From: a bacterium
GTDB taxonomy: Bacteria; Oederibacteriota; Muellerivitia; Muellerivitales; Muellerivitaceae
Reading direction: 5' to 3'
NCBI GenBank assembly: GCA_035549195.1
Contig: DASZRK010000002.1
Location: 231,655-295,654 of the forward strand
DNA length: 64,000 nucleotides
Numbering within the stretch: the first letter of the stretch is position 1; each line of letters begins with the position of its first letter. Made by a program: the position numbers and the translations under genes. Below are positions 38,291 to 48,639 of this stretch, one piece after another. The notes under the pieces are model-generated. The model was not told the origin of the DNA. It searched no databases and saw only the letters and a program-made list of their open reading frames with translations.

Positions 38291-38403
38291 GATTTCTTGG
38301 ATCTCCCCTTCTCCCTTAAGGGGAGAAGGGCGGGATGAGGGTGCCTGGGAGAACACAAGTCGCCTCTCCTCCCACCCTTTCGACGAGGGTCCTTTCAATA
38401 GAA

Positions 38404-39252
38404 CTACTTCGGCCATCGGCTCCAGGTGAACATCCGTGTCAGGCCCCATTCCCAAAGGGCGTCGGGCAGGAGCCAGCGCATCGTGTAGGCCACCCGGTCC
38501 TCGAACTTCACCAGATAGCGCCGCTTCATCGTGCGGTGGGACAGGGCCTGGAGGACCGTGCGGGTGAAGAGCTCCACCGGCGCCGCATGGATGAAGCGCT
38601 CCCTCTGCCACCGCTCCGACCGTTCCGTGATCCCCCGGTAGGCGGACTTCGGGTTTTTCACCCATTGGCCCATGCGGGCATTGGCCACGACCTGGGTCCG
38701 GATCTCACCCGGGTTCAGTTCCGCCACCTGGACGCCCCATTCCCTGAGTTCCATCCGCATGGCCTCGGTGAGGGAATTCACCGCGAACTTGCTGGCGGCA
38801 TAGGCCCCGATCAGGGGTGTCCCGATGAAGGCCGAGATGCTGCCCACGTTCAGGATGCGCCCGCCGCCTTGCCGGCGCATGACGGGAACGACCGCCCTGG
38901 CCACACGCAGGATGCCGAAGACGTTGGTCTCGAACTGGGCCCGGATATCCTTCTCCGAAAGGTCCTCCCAACAGCCCGCCATGACGAAACCGGCGTTGTT
39001 CAACAGGAAGTCGATACGGCCCTCTTTTTTAAGGATCTGCCGCACTCCCTTTTCGACCGAGGGCGTCCGATCCACGTCCATCACGATGGGGAAAACAGGA
39101 AGGGTCCGGGCCAGGCTCCAGAGGGCTCCGGCCCGGCGCGGGTTGCGGTAGCCGGCATAGACCCGCCAACCCCGGCGCGCGAGGGACTCGGCGGTGGCCA
39201 GACCGAAACCCGAATTGGCGCCGGTGATGAGGGCCACGGAAGATGGGCTCAT
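38404..39252 (-). CDS. Short-chain dehydrogenase/reductase (classical SDR)
   Basis: True start MSPSSVALITGANSGFGLA (internal Met of the track ORF). NNAG and YAASKFAV present. Its start overlaps the upstream SDR's stop in ATGA. Confidence 0.75.
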   Translation of the reverse strand: MSPSSVALITGANSGFGLATAESLARRGWRVYAGYRNPRRAGALWSLARTLPVFPIVMDVDRTPSVEKGVRQILKKEGRIDFLLNNAGFVMAGCWEDLSEKDIRAQFETNVFGILRVARAVVPVMRRQGGGRILNVGSISAFIGTPLIGAYAASKFAVNSLTEAMRMELREWGVQVAELNPGEIRTQVVANARMGQWVKNPKSAYRGITERSERWQRERFIHAAPVELFTRTVLQALSHRTMKRRYLVKFEDRVAYTMRWLLPDALWEWGLTRMFTWSRWPK

Positions 39253-40097
39253 GGGTTGGCCCTCCTGAATCCCTCGTAACGCTTCCGAAGGATTTGGTCG
39301 AAGACGAAATCCGGCAGGAACCAGCGCAGGCGGGGATACCAGACCGCGTCCCGTCCGACCCGGTAACGGATGGCCAATCGTTCTTTCGAAAGGATGCGGA
39401 CCGCTTCCCGGGCCACGACCTCGGGACCCGGGGCCGAAGCGGGAGGATGGTCCCCGAACCAAAGGATGCCCTCCAAGGTGCGCTGGTAAAGGGAACGCTC
39501 CTCACGAAAGGCCAGGGCCTTTCGGCGGTTGGCCTTGAAAGGGGTGCGGATCGTTCCGGGCTCCAGCACCGCGACCTGGACGCCGAAGGGCCGCACCTCC
39601 AGGCGGAGGCTCTCGGTAACGCCCTCCACCGCGTGCTTGCTGGCGCAATAGAGGCCGATCCCCGCGAAGGTCATCCGGCCCGCCAGGGACCCGATCTGGA
39701 GGATCTTCCCCCCGCCTTGGGCCCGCATGGCCGGAAGCACCGCCTGGGTGACCCGGAGCAGGCCGAAGACATTGGTCTCGAACTGGGCCCGGATCTCGGC
39801 GTCGGTGAACTCCTCCAGGGCGCCGAAGGCGCCCCAGCCCGCGTTGTTCACCAGGATGTCGATACGTCCGGTCTTTCGAAGGATCCGTCCTACCGCTTTC
39901 CGGACCGAAACGGTCCGGTCCACGTCCAGGGGCAGGATCTCCAAGCGCAACCCCTTGGCGGCCGCCCGGAGGGGAACGGCCTTCTTCAGGTCCCGCATGG
40001 TGGCGAAGACCTGGTGGCCTTGGCGGGCGAGCCCCAAGGCGGTCTCATAACCAATGCCGGTGGAACAACCGGTGACAAGGGCGACAGATGGGGCCAT
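39249..40097 (-). CDS. Short-chain dehydrogenase/reductase (classical SDR)
   Basis: MAPSVALVTGCSTGIGYETA, NNAGWG and YCASKHAVEG. Confidence 0.8.
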   Translation of the reverse strand: MAPSVALVTGCSTGIGYETALGLARQGHQVFATMRDLKKAVPLRAAAKGLRLEILPLDVDRTVSVRKAVGRILRKTGRIDILVNNAGWGAFGALEEFTDAEIRAQFETNVFGLLRVTQAVLPAMRAQGGGKILQIGSLAGRMTFAGIGLYCASKHAVEGVTESLRLEVRPFGVQVAVLEPGTIRTPFKANRRKALAFREERSLYQRTLEGILWFGDHPPASAPGPEVVAREAVRILSKERLAIRYRVGRDAVWYPRLRWFLPDFVFDQILRKRYEGFRRANP

Positions 40098-40238
40098 GGG
40101 ACCTCTTGGGAGTGGAAGGCGCTCTATTATCCAAAAACGGGCCCGGGCCGCCGGGAAAATCCGCTTTGCCGGGAACGGAACTTAGGACTAGGATAAGTCC
40201 GTTCCTGGAGCCTTTCTCATTACCTCGCGGGAGTTCCC

Positions 40239-40919
40239 ATGCGCCTTCAAACCTTTTTAGGCCGGATCCTGGTCGTTCTTTGGGCCGTTCCCGCCTGCCT
40301 CTGCGCCAAACCCTTCAACGAAATGACCATCGACCGGCTCGGTGGGACCATCATGGACCAGCCCGCGGACGGCTCCAAACCCTACGCCCTGGGCACCACC
40401 AGCGTGGTGAACAAAGGGGACGTGCTCACGGTCTATGACCAGGGCTGGGTGATCCTCAAGACCCATAACGGGGACCGCATCGGTCTGGACGGCAATACGG
40501 TGGCCGTGGTGGACGAGTTCTATATCGAAGGGCCTGACCGCCAGGTCCGTTTCCTGCTCCAAAAAGGCACCATGCTCTTCAAGGTCAACGGCCGGGATTC
40601 CCGCCAGAGTTTCTTCGAGATCAACACCGGCGGCGAGGTGACCTCCATCAACGACACCCGTTGCATCCTGGTCTATGATCCTTCCGCCGCGGCCCTGGAC
40701 GTGAAGTTCATCGCCGGCAAGATGACCGTGCTGGACAAGGACAACGAGGAGAAGTTCAAGGTCGAGAACTCGGAGCGCACCTGGAAGGACGGCAAGATGA
40801 TGGCCGAGGACCCCACCCCCCTGGACCAACTGGATGTGGTCAATTTCAACAAGTTCTTCGAGGGCGAACCCCGCTTGAAGCCCCGGGACAATAACTTCCT
40901 GCTCCCCGGCGCCGACTGA
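40239..40919 (+). CDS. Secreted hypothetical protein (FecR-like beta-sandwich suspected)
   Basis: Signal peptide MRLQTFLGRILVVLWAVPACLCAKP. A beta-rich 200-aa body (GDVLTVYDQGWVILKTHNGDRIGLDGNTVAVVD); family assignment is weak. Confidence 0.5.
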   Translation: MRLQTFLGRILVVLWAVPACLCAKPFNEMTIDRLGGTIMDQPADGSKPYALGTTSVVNKGDVLTVYDQGWVILKTHNGDRIGLDGNTVAVVDEFYIEGPDRQVRFLLQKGTMLFKVNGRDSRQSFFEINTGGEVTSINDTRCILVYDPSAAALDVKFIAGKMTVLDKDNEEKFKVENSERTWKDGKMMAEDPTPLDQLDVVNFNKFFEGEPRLKPRDNNFLLPGAD

Positions 40920-40926
40920 CCGTCCT

Positions 40927-41115
40927 ATGGCGGGCCCCACGGTCGAGTTCGACTGCCCCTATTGCGGTTACCCCAACTTTTCCCCCATCGACCCCATTTC
41001 CGGCCACCAGCAATGGACCACGGACTGCGAGAATTGCTGTCGGCCGATCGCTTTGAGCGCGCGGGTGGTCCGGGGCGAGGTGGAGGAGTTCGACGTGGAG
41101 CGGGAGCAGGATTGA
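40927..41115 (+). CDS. Small Cys-rich zinc-ribbon protein (CPXCG family)
   Basis: FDCPYCGYPN ... DCENCCRPI; 62 aa; starts 8 nt after the previous gene. Confidence 0.5.
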   Translation: MAGPTVEFDCPYCGYPNFSPIDPISGHQQWTTDCENCCRPIALSARVVRGEVEEFDVEREQD

Positions 41116-41128
41116 GGCGCGGTGGACC

Positions 41129-41833
41129 TTAGGCCGCCGGCGCGCCGCCGGTGTGGATGAGGTTCATGACCACCTTGCCGGCCATGAAAAGGTAATAGAA
41201 GAGCAGCAGGGCGCCGCAGATCCAGGTGATGATCCGAAGGGCCCGGCGGTTGAAGAGGTTCCGGCTGTAATGGACCCCCATCCCCAGGCAGGAGAACCAG
41301 ACCAGTTCGCTGACCAGCACCGCCGAGAAGAACGAAGTCGCCGACCCGCCCAGCCTCTCGATATTGTCCACCCCCCCGTATTCGGAGAGCCTTAAGGTCC
41401 CCACCATCCCCACCCAATAGATGAGGGTGAAGGGATTGGAGGCCGCCAAAAGGAACCCCATCGCGAAGGAATGCTCCATCCATTGGGTCTGCTTGGCCAG
41501 CCTGGGGTTCCCCATGGCCTCCGGATTGTCCCGGATCTCGCTGACCGCCGAATAGGCCAGGTAGAGCAGGAAGACCGCGCTGAGGCCCCAAACGACGAAT
41601 TTCAGGGCCCCCACCACTCCATTGGTCGAAATACCCACAAAAACCATATAAGCAAAGGCCGCGTCCACCAGGGCCGCCCCGGCGCCCACCTTGAAGGTCT
41701 CCTGGAAGCCGCCCATGATCCCCCGGCGCACCGCCAGGAAGTTGATGGGGCCGATCAGGGCCGCGGTGCAGAAACCGATGATGAGGCCTTGGGTGATGGC
41801 CGCATAGAAAAGCTGGAAGGTTTCGTGGGGCAT
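41129..41833 (-). CDS. LysE/RhtB-family amino-acid exporter (membrane)
   Basis: 234 aa with 6 predicted TM segments. N-terminal GLIIGFCTAALIGPINFLAVRRG pattern typical of the LysE translocator family. Confidence 0.6.
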   Translation of the reverse strand: MPHETFQLFYAAITQGLIIGFCTAALIGPINFLAVRRGIMGGFQETFKVGAGAALVDAAFAYMVFVGISTNGVVGALKFVVWGLSAVFLLYLAYSAVSEIRDNPEAMGNPRLAKQTQWMEHSFAMGFLLAASNPFTLIYWVGMVGTLRLSEYGGVDNIERLGGSATSFFSAVLVSELVWFSCLGMGVHYSRNLFNRRALRIITWICGALLLFYYLFMAGKVVMNLIHTGGAPAA

Positions 41834-41964
41834 GGGGCCATTCTACCAGGAAGGCCGGGACGGCCCATCAATTTTGTGGTTTCGCTCCGGGACCGCTTCA
41901 ATTTATTTTCAAATTTGCTATTCTTTCCGCACTCAAGACGCCCAAAACCGCGAAGGAGACCTCC

Positions 41965-42444
41965 ATGGCGCAATTGGTGAACATCCTGATGGGAAGCAAG
42001 TCCGACTGGGACGTGATGAAGAACGCCTCCGATACCCTCAAGCAATTCGGGGTGGAGCACGAATGCCGCGTCCTTTCCGCCCACCGCACTCCCAAGGAGA
42101 CCTCCGAATACATCTCCGGGGCCGAGGGCCGGGGCGTGCAGGTCGTCATCGCGGCCGCCGGCGGCGCCGCCCACCTGGCGGGCGTCTGCGCGGCCCACAC
42201 CGTCCTTCCCGTGCTCGGGGTCCCCATGGAAAGCAAGCTTTTGGGGCTCGATTCGCTCCTTTCCACCGCCCAGATGCCGGGCGGCATCCCGGTGGGCACG
42301 CTGGCGGTGGGAAAGGCCGGCGCCGTCAATGCCGCCTTGCTGGCCATCGCCATCCTGGGCCTCAAGGATCCCGCCCTGAACAAGAAGCTCAAGGATTTCC
42401 GCGCCGAACAGGCCGCCAAGATCCTGCAGGAAAAATTGTCGTAA
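41965..42444 (+). CDS. purE: N5-carboxyaminoimidazole ribonucleotide mutase
   Basis: VNILMGSKSDWDVMK...VVIAAAGGAAHLAG...GVPMESKLLGLDSLLS; 159 aa. Confidence 0.9.
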   Translation: MAQLVNILMGSKSDWDVMKNASDTLKQFGVEHECRVLSAHRTPKETSEYISGAEGRGVQVVIAAAGGAAHLAGVCAAHTVLPVLGVPMESKLLGLDSLLSTAQMPGGIPVGTLAVGKAGAVNAALLAIAILGLKDPALNKKLKDFRAEQAAKILQEKLS

Positions 42445-42533
42445 GAACCGGCCACGGAGGCATGAAGGTCCGGGCGGGCAGGTCCCGCCCTTTTACCTTT
42501 GTCCCGTCGCTCAAAGGACTTTAGGTAACTTCC

Positions 42534-45341
42534 ATGTTCCGAGAAGACAACAACCCGACGGATGGGCAGGTCAACGACCCCTATTCCCTGCCGACCTTGG
42601 TCAACGACCTGGCCAGCACCCTGGGCCGCGTCATTTCCTACCAGGAAGGCCCCGAAGCCCTCGAGTTGGTCGAGAAGGTCCGCCAGCTGGCCAAGAACTT
42701 CCGCGTCACCTCCGACGAAAAGGTGGCGGAGGAACTGGCCGGGATCATCGCCAAGCTGCCCGTGGACGATCTCACCCTTCTCATCAAGGCCTTCACCCAT
42801 TTCTTCGGGCTCATCAACCTGGCCGAGAAGATCGACCTGATCCATTCGCTCCAAGAGCCCCTTCCACCGGGCTCCCACCGGCCCGGGTCCATTCCCGACG
42901 CCGTGGCGGCCCTGAGGGAGCAGGGCGTGACGCCCCGCAAGATCCAGGCCCTTTTGGACCAGGCCCGCATCCACATGGTCTTCACCGCCCATCCCACCGA
43001 GTCCAAACGCCGCACCACCCTCACCAAACTGCGCCGCATCTATGCCCGGGCCTTGCGCCTGGCCATGGCCCGCCTCACTGAGGACGAGAAGGACGACCTG
43101 CACAAGGGAATCCTGGAGGAGATCGTGGCCATTTGGCAGTCCGACGAGGTCCGTCAGGTCAAGTTGACGGTGTTGGACGAGGTGAAGAGCTACCTTTATT
43201 ACTTCGAGCAGAACCTCTGGCAGGCCATCCCCTCCCTCTACCGGGACCTGGAATTGTCCTTGAAGAGGGAATTCCCCAAGACCCCCTGGACGGTGCCGCC
43301 GATCCTTCGCTTCGGGTCCTGGGTGGGCGGGGACCGGGACGGCAACCCCTTCGTGACGCCCCAGATCACCCTCGAGGCCGTGCGGTTGCTCCGCATCACC
43401 GCCCTCAAGGCCCATATCCGCGCCGTGGAGGAATTGAGCTCGCGGCTGAGCACCTCGGACAAACAGACGCCGATCAGCAACGACCTGGCCGCCTCCATCG
43501 CCAAGGACGAGGCCCTTTTCCCCGAGTTGGCCGAACAACTCTCCCTTCACATCCCGCACGAACGCTACCGGCAGAAATGCAATTACATCCACCAGAAGCT
43601 GATCGCCTCCCTCGCCCGGGCCGAAGCCTTCCCCAATGAGGCCGCCCAGGCCGAACCGGTGGCGCCGGGGAGCTGGTACGAAAGCGCCGACCAGTTCCTG
43701 GCCGACCTGGCCGTCATGGACGCCTCCCTAAGGGCCCACAAGGGCGCCATCCTGGCCGACGGTTTCCTGGCCAAAGTGCGCCAGAACGTCCAGGTCTTCG
43801 GGTTCCGCCTGGCGACGCTCGATATCCGCCAGCATTCCAGCCGGCACACCCAGGCCCTGAACGAGATCCTGAAGGGCGTCGGTGTGACCCCCGATTACGA
43901 GACCCTGCCCGAAGAGAGGCGCTTGGCCATCCTGGAGGCCCTCTTGCACGACGAACGCCCCCTCGTCCCCCACAAACCCGAATACGGTCCCGAGACCACC
44001 GAGACCCTGGAGACCTTCCAGGCCATGGCCACCATCCAGGAACGCCTCAACCCCCGGGCCATCAACACCTACGTCATCTCCATGACCCACGGCGTCTCGG
44101 ACGTCCTGGCCGTCCTCCTTTTCCTGCGGGAGGCGGGCCTTTATCGCAAGGACCACTACAGCCACATCAACATCGTGCCTCTTTTCGAGACCGGGGACGA
44201 CCTGCGCCGGTCGGCGGACATGTTCGAACGCCTCCTCAAGAACGATTCCTACCGGGCCCACCTGAAGCTGCGCGGGGATTTGCAGGAGATCATGCTGGGC
44301 TATAGTGATTCGAACAAGGAAAGCGGCTATCTCTCCGCCAATTGGGCGCTCTACAAGGCCCAGGTGGACCTGGCCCGCATGGCCGATAGCAACGGCATCG
44401 CCCTTCGCCTCTTCCACGGCCGGGGCGGCAGTATCGGCCGCGGCGGCGGACCCGCCAGCCAGGCCATCCTGGCCCAGCCCCCGGGCACCGTGAAGGGCCG
44501 CATCAAGATCACCGAACAAGGCGAGGTCATCAGCGACCATTACGGCGAGCCCGTCACCGCCCGCCGCCACCTGGAACAGATCACCAACGCCATCCTTCGG
44601 GCGTCCTTCCCCACCCGGGAGGTCATCCCCAAGACCGAGTGGAAGCAGATCATGGAGAAGCTCTCCCGCTCCTCCTTCACCGCCTACCATGCCCTGGTCT
44701 ACGGTGATCCGCGCTTCGTGGAATATTTCCGCTCCGCCACCCCCATTGAGGAGATCAGCCGCCACCGCATCGGCAGCCGCCCCTCCAGCCGCAACCAGGA
44801 CCGGGGCATCGAGGCCTTGCGGGCCATTCCCTGGGTCTTTTCCTGGATGCAGACGCGCACCACCCTTCCGGGCTGGTATGGGGTGGGCAGCGCCATCGAG
44901 GAGTTCCTCAGGACCGACACCGAAAAGGGCTTGGCCACCTTAAGGGAGATGTACGCCCAATGGCCCTTCTTTCAGACCGTGCTGGACAACGCCCAGATGA
45001 TCCTCTTCAAGGCCGACCTGGACATCGCCCGGCGCTATGCCGCCCTCTGCCCCGACCCGGCCCTGGGGGCCTCGGTCTATGGGAAACTGAAGGCGGAGTA
45101 CGATCGTTCGGTCGATGCCATCCGGAAGATCGCCCAGGTGAACGAACTGTTGGAGAAGGACCCGACGCTCCTGGAATCCATCAAGCGCCGTAACCCCTAT
45201 ATCGACCCCTTGAGCTTCATCCAGATCGAGCTGATCCGCCGCTTCCGGGCCCAACCCGACGAGGCCCAACGCCGGGAACTGGAAGAGGCCATCCTGATGA
45301 CCATCAACGGCATCGCCGCGGGCCTCAAGAACACCGGCTGA
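42534..45341 (+). CDS. ppc: Phosphoenolpyruvate carboxylase
   Basis: VFTAHPTE, FHGRGGSIGRGGGP, and C-terminal ...INGIAAGLKNTG; 935 aa. Confidence 0.95.
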   Translation: MFREDNNPTDGQVNDPYSLPTLVNDLASTLGRVISYQEGPEALELVEKVRQLAKNFRVTSDEKVAEELAGIIAKLPVDDLTLLIKAFTHFFGLINLAEKIDLIHSLQEPLPPGSHRPGSIPDAVAALREQGVTPRKIQALLDQARIHMVFTAHPTESKRRTTLTKLRRIYARALRLAMARLTEDEKDDLHKGILEEIVAIWQSDEVRQVKLTVLDEVKSYLYYFEQNLWQAIPSLYRDLELSLKREFPKTPWTVPPILRFGSWVGGDRDGNPFVTPQITLEAVRLLRITALKAHIRAVEELSSRLSTSDKQTPISNDLAASIAKDEALFPELAEQLSLHIPHERYRQKCNYIHQKLIASLARAEAFPNEAAQAEPVAPGSWYESADQFLADLAVMDASLRAHKGAILADGFLAKVRQNVQVFGFRLATLDIRQHSSRHTQALNEILKGVGVTPDYETLPEERRLAILEALLHDERPLVPHKPEYGPETTETLETFQAMATIQERLNPRAINTYVISMTHGVSDVLAVLLFLREAGLYRKDHYSHINIVPLFETGDDLRRSADMFERLLKNDSYRAHLKLRGDLQEIMLGYSDSNKESGYLSANWALYKAQVDLARMADSNGIALRLFHGRGGSIGRGGGPASQAILAQPPGTVKGRIKITEQGEVISDHYGEPVTARRHLEQITNAILRASFPTREVIPKTEWKQIMEKLSRSSFTAYHALVYGDPRFVEYFRSATPIEEISRHRIGSRPSSRNQDRGIEALRAIPWVFSWMQTRTTLPGWYGVGSAIEEFLRTDTEKGLATLREMYAQWPFFQTVLDNAQMILFKADLDIARRYAALCPDPALGASVYGKLKAEYDRSVDAIRKIAQVNELLEKDPTLLESIKRRNPYIDPLSFIQIELIRRFRAQPDEAQRRELEEAILMTINGIAAGLKNTG

Positions 45342-45366
45342 TCCTTTCGAAGTTTCCCGAGGTCCC

Positions 45367-46311
45367 ATGATCGAGATCGAAAAAGCCGCGGAGATCATCC
45401 AGGAAGGTGGGTTGGTGGCCTTCCCCACCGAGACCGTCTACGGCTTGGGCGCCGACGCCCTGAACCCCTTGGCGGTGGCCCGGATCTTCGAGGCCAAGAA
45501 CCGCCCCCAATTCGATCCGCTCATCGTGCACGTGGCCGACCTGCGCCAGGCCGAGATCCTGGTGAAGTCCTTGCCTGCGGCCGCCCTCAAGCTGGCCGGA
45601 CGCTTCTGGCCGGGTCCCCTGACCTTGGTGCTCCCCAAATCGGACCTGGTGCCCGACCTGGTGACCTCCTCCATGCCCAACGTGGCCATCCGCGTTCCCC
45701 GTCATCCGCTGGCCCTTCAATTGATCCGGGAGTCGGGCCGCCCGATCGCCGCGCCCAGCGCCAATCTTTTCGGGCAAGTGAGCCCCACGACCGCCGAACA
45801 CGTCCGCCGTTCCTTGGGGAACAAGGTGGACCTGGTCCTGGACGGGGGCGCCTGTGAAGTCGGGGTGGAGTCGACCATCATCTCGTTGGCGGGGAATAAA
45901 GCGGCGCTCTTACGCCCGGGCGGTGTGCCTTTGGAGGAGATCGAGGCCCTCATAGGTCCTTTGACGGTCCAGACCCAGGCGGGCGAGAAGCCCTTGGCGC
46001 CGGGACAATTGGAGAGCCATTACGCTCCACGGACGTTGCTCGTCCTGGGGCCCCAGACCCGCCTCACCGGCGGCAAGGCCGGATACCTGGGGCTGAAGGA
46101 ACCGGGGAACCCCGGGGCCTACCAGGCCGTCGAGGTCCTCTCGGCCAAAGGAGACCTTCGGGAAGCCGCCGCCGGCCTCTTCGCCGCCTTGCGCCGCCTG
46201 GACGACCGGAGCCTGGACCGCATCGAGGCTTTCCCGGTGCCGGACGAGGGCCTGGGCCGGGCGATCAATGACCGCCTCCAACGGGCCGCCCACAAACCTC
46301 CGGTCGCCTAG
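45367..46311 (+). CDS. L-threonylcarbamoyladenylate synthase (Sua5/YwlC/TsaC family, with Sua5 C-domain)
   Basis: FPTETVYGLGADALNP ... KNRP ... 314 aa, including the C-terminal Sua5 extension. Confidence 0.9.
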   Translation: MIEIEKAAEIIQEGGLVAFPTETVYGLGADALNPLAVARIFEAKNRPQFDPLIVHVADLRQAEILVKSLPAAALKLAGRFWPGPLTLVLPKSDLVPDLVTSSMPNVAIRVPRHPLALQLIRESGRPIAAPSANLFGQVSPTTAEHVRRSLGNKVDLVLDGGACEVGVESTIISLAGNKAALLRPGGVPLEEIEALIGPLTVQTQAGEKPLAPGQLESHYAPRTLLVLGPQTRLTGGKAGYLGLKEPGNPGAYQAVEVLSAKGDLREAAAGLFAALRRLDDRSLDRIEAFPVPDEGLGRAINDRLQRAAHKPPVA

Positions 46312-46334
46312 CTCGGGCCAGAAGACCGGCCCCA

Positions 46335-46772
46335 TCAGGAAGCCGCCCCGCCCCGGGAGGTCTCTTCCAGGGGCAATCCCAGGATGCGGCGAACCGCCGC
46401 CTTCAGGTCGGAAAGCCCCAGGGGTTTGTGCAGGAACAGGTCCACGTTGAACCCCTTCTGGTGGAATTCCTCCAATAGGTTCACGTAGTAACCCGAGACC
46501 ACGATGATCGGCATGTTGGAATTTCGTTGGCGGATGTGGGGGAGGACCTCCAAAGCGCTCATCCCGTCCAATTTGAGGTCGGTGATGAGCAGGTCGAACC
46601 GCTGTTCGTCCAATTCGGCCATCATCTCGCTGCCCGAAGCGACCAGGACCACCTCGTAGCCTTCCTGGCGGAAGGTCTTCTCATAAAGTTTTCGGGCCCC
46701 CGGGTCGTCTTCGGCGATCAGGATCTTGAAATCGTTGCGTTGCATTTGATTCTCCTTAGGAGTGATGTCCAC
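46335..46772 (-). CDS. Stand-alone response-regulator receiver domain protein (CheY-like)
   Basis: KILIAEDDPGARKLY ... DLLITDLKLDGMSALEV ... IVVSGY; no output domain. Confidence 0.8.
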   Translation of the reverse strand: MDITPKENQMQRNDFKILIAEDDPGARKLYEKTFRQEGYEVVLVASGSEMMAELDEQRFDLLITDLKLDGMSALEVLPHIRQRNSNMPIIVVSGYYVNLLEEFHQKGFNVDLFLHKPLGLSDLKAAVRRILGLPLEETSRGGAAS

Positions 46773-47060
46773 CCCAACCTTTCAGGCAACGCACGTGCCA
46801 GGGGAGAACCCGGAAAATCAGGCTATTTTTGCCGTGAACATCGGCGAAAATGGGTAAAGAAGACCCACCGTTCCCACCCTTTCCCAAACCCATACCGGTC
46901 CGCTTCACATCGGGTCGCTTCGCAAGGCACTCGGAACACAAAAAAGGCCTTTCCTTTCGTTTTGTCCCGGCTTTTTCTGGGTGGACCTGGTGGCCCCAGA
47001 GGAGCTTATGGTTAAAATCTTACCGGCTTGAACTTTGAAAATTCACGAATAGGGGACCGA

Positions 47061-48032
47061 ATGAAATACAGGAAATTGGGCCGCTCCGGCCTGGAAGTCT
47101 CCGAGATCAGCCTGGGCTGTTGGACCCTGGGCGGGCTCAATTGGGTGGATGGGGTCCAGAACGGCTGGGCCAACGTGGATGAGGCCGAGGTCAAAAGGGC
47201 CATCGACCACGCCCTGGACCAAGGGGTCAATCATTTCGACAACGCCGACGTCTACGGCAACGGCCGGGCCGAACGGATGCTTTCCCGCATCCTAGGCGAC
47301 CGTTCGAAGAAGGTCTCCATCGCCACCAAGGTCGGCTGGTTCCCCGGCACCGCCGAGCACGCCTACGAGCCGGCCCACATCCGCCACCAATGCGAGCAAT
47401 CCCTTCTCAACCTGAAACGGGACGTGATCGACCTTTACTATTTCCATCACGGGGACTTCGGGAAGGACGATCGGTACCTGGACGAGGCCGTGGCGGTCAT
47501 GCGCAAGCTCAAGACCGAGGGCAAGATCCGCCTCATCGGCCAGTCCGCCTATTCCAGCGCCGATTTCACGCGCCTGGTCCCGAAGGTCCAACCCGATGTG
47601 CTCCAGAGCTGGGCCCACATCATGGACGACCAGTTCATCCAAGAGGGGGGCCCGGTGCGGCGGCTGATGGACGAAAAAGGAATGAGCTTCGTGGCCTTCT
47701 CGCCCCTGAACCAGGGCATCCTCCTGGGCAAGTTCGACCCCAAGGCTCCGCCCAAGTTCGAGGCGGGCGACCACCGGCTGGGCGACAAGCGTTTCACCAC
47801 CGAGGAGCTCTTGAAAGTGGGCCCCAAGATCGAGCGATTGAAGGAAAGGTTCGGCGGTGACGTGAAGTCCCTGGCCCGGGTGGCCTTGCAGTACCTGCTC
47901 GCCAACCCCGTGGTGGCTTGCGTCATCCCGGGTTTCCGGAACCTGGGGCAGGTCCAGGTGAACCTCGCCGGTTGGGACCAACCCTTGGCCCCCGGGGACC
48001 TGGATTTCATCCGGGAAACATTCTCGAAATAG
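47061..48032 (+). CDS. Aldo/keto reductase family oxidoreductase
   Basis: MKYRKLGRSGLEVSEISLGCWTLGG ... DLYYFHHGD; RBS agggga upstream; the earlier track start at 47028 is less likely. Confidence 0.85.
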   Translation: MKYRKLGRSGLEVSEISLGCWTLGGLNWVDGVQNGWANVDEAEVKRAIDHALDQGVNHFDNADVYGNGRAERMLSRILGDRSKKVSIATKVGWFPGTAEHAYEPAHIRHQCEQSLLNLKRDVIDLYYFHHGDFGKDDRYLDEAVAVMRKLKTEGKIRLIGQSAYSSADFTRLVPKVQPDVLQSWAHIMDDQFIQEGGPVRRLMDEKGMSFVAFSPLNQGILLGKFDPKAPPKFEAGDHRLGDKRFTTEELLKVGPKIERLKERFGGDVKSLARVALQYLLANPVVACVIPGFRNLGQVQVNLAGWDQPLAPGDLDFIRETFSK

Positions 48033-48069
48033 TCGCAGAGGTTATAATCCCATCATCAAATAGGAAAGG

Positions 48070-48618
48070 ATGAATATGAAGACCAAGGTTCCGCTCCATG
48101 CACTGCTAGTCCTGCTATCCTTCACGACAGTCGGCTTTTGCCAATCGGACGCCCCCTCTCCTTCCAACCATTCGAAATGGTACCTGAGCGAAGGATGGGG
48201 CATCACCTGTCCCGTCCAGGATTGGGCCCTCGATTATCCGCTTGGCGGCCAAGCCCTCCTGGCGGGCGGCTGCCAATTGGACAATAGCTTCTCCCTCCAG
48301 TTGAGCTTGAACCCGGCCCTGTTCACCGGGGGCGGTTCCGCCACCGTGGATACGCGGCTCTCCCTGGAGCTTCGCTGGCGCAACAGCGCCGAAGGCGTCC
48401 ATCCCTACATCCTGGCCGGTCCCGGCTATGACGTCCAGGTCCAGAGTCCGTCGGGTTACAGCACCTCCTCCCCGGCCGCGGTCTTCGGGGTGGGCTTCGA
48501 GTTCGACCTTCATCCGGGGGAACATCTTTTCCTGGAATCCCGTTATGACCTCCTTTTCTATAAGAACCTGACCCAACAGGATGTTCCCCTGACCTTGGGT
48601 TTGAGCGAAGACCTTTAA
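48070..48618 (+). CDS. Small secreted protein, outer-membrane beta-barrel-like
   Basis: Signal peptide MNMKTKVPLHALLVLLSFTTVGFCQS; alternating hydrophobic beta pattern; ends ...TLGLSEDL (no terminal aromatic). Confidence 0.4.
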   Translation: MNMKTKVPLHALLVLLSFTTVGFCQSDAPSPSNHSKWYLSEGWGITCPVQDWALDYPLGGQALLAGGCQLDNSFSLQLSLNPALFTGGGSATVDTRLSLELRWRNSAEGVHPYILAGPGYDVQVQSPSGYSTSSPAAVFGVGFEFDLHPGEHLFLESRYDLLFYKNLTQQDVPLTLGLSEDL

Positions 48619-48639
48619 GACCTTTTTCCGGGAGCCGCC

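Noticed and set aside
46773-47060. Possible small RNA or terminator in the divergent RR/aldo-keto-reductase spacer (aaaaaaggcctttcctttcgttttgtcccggcttttt)
   Set aside because: Only weak, ambiguous stem potential. It is more simply a divergent promoter region.
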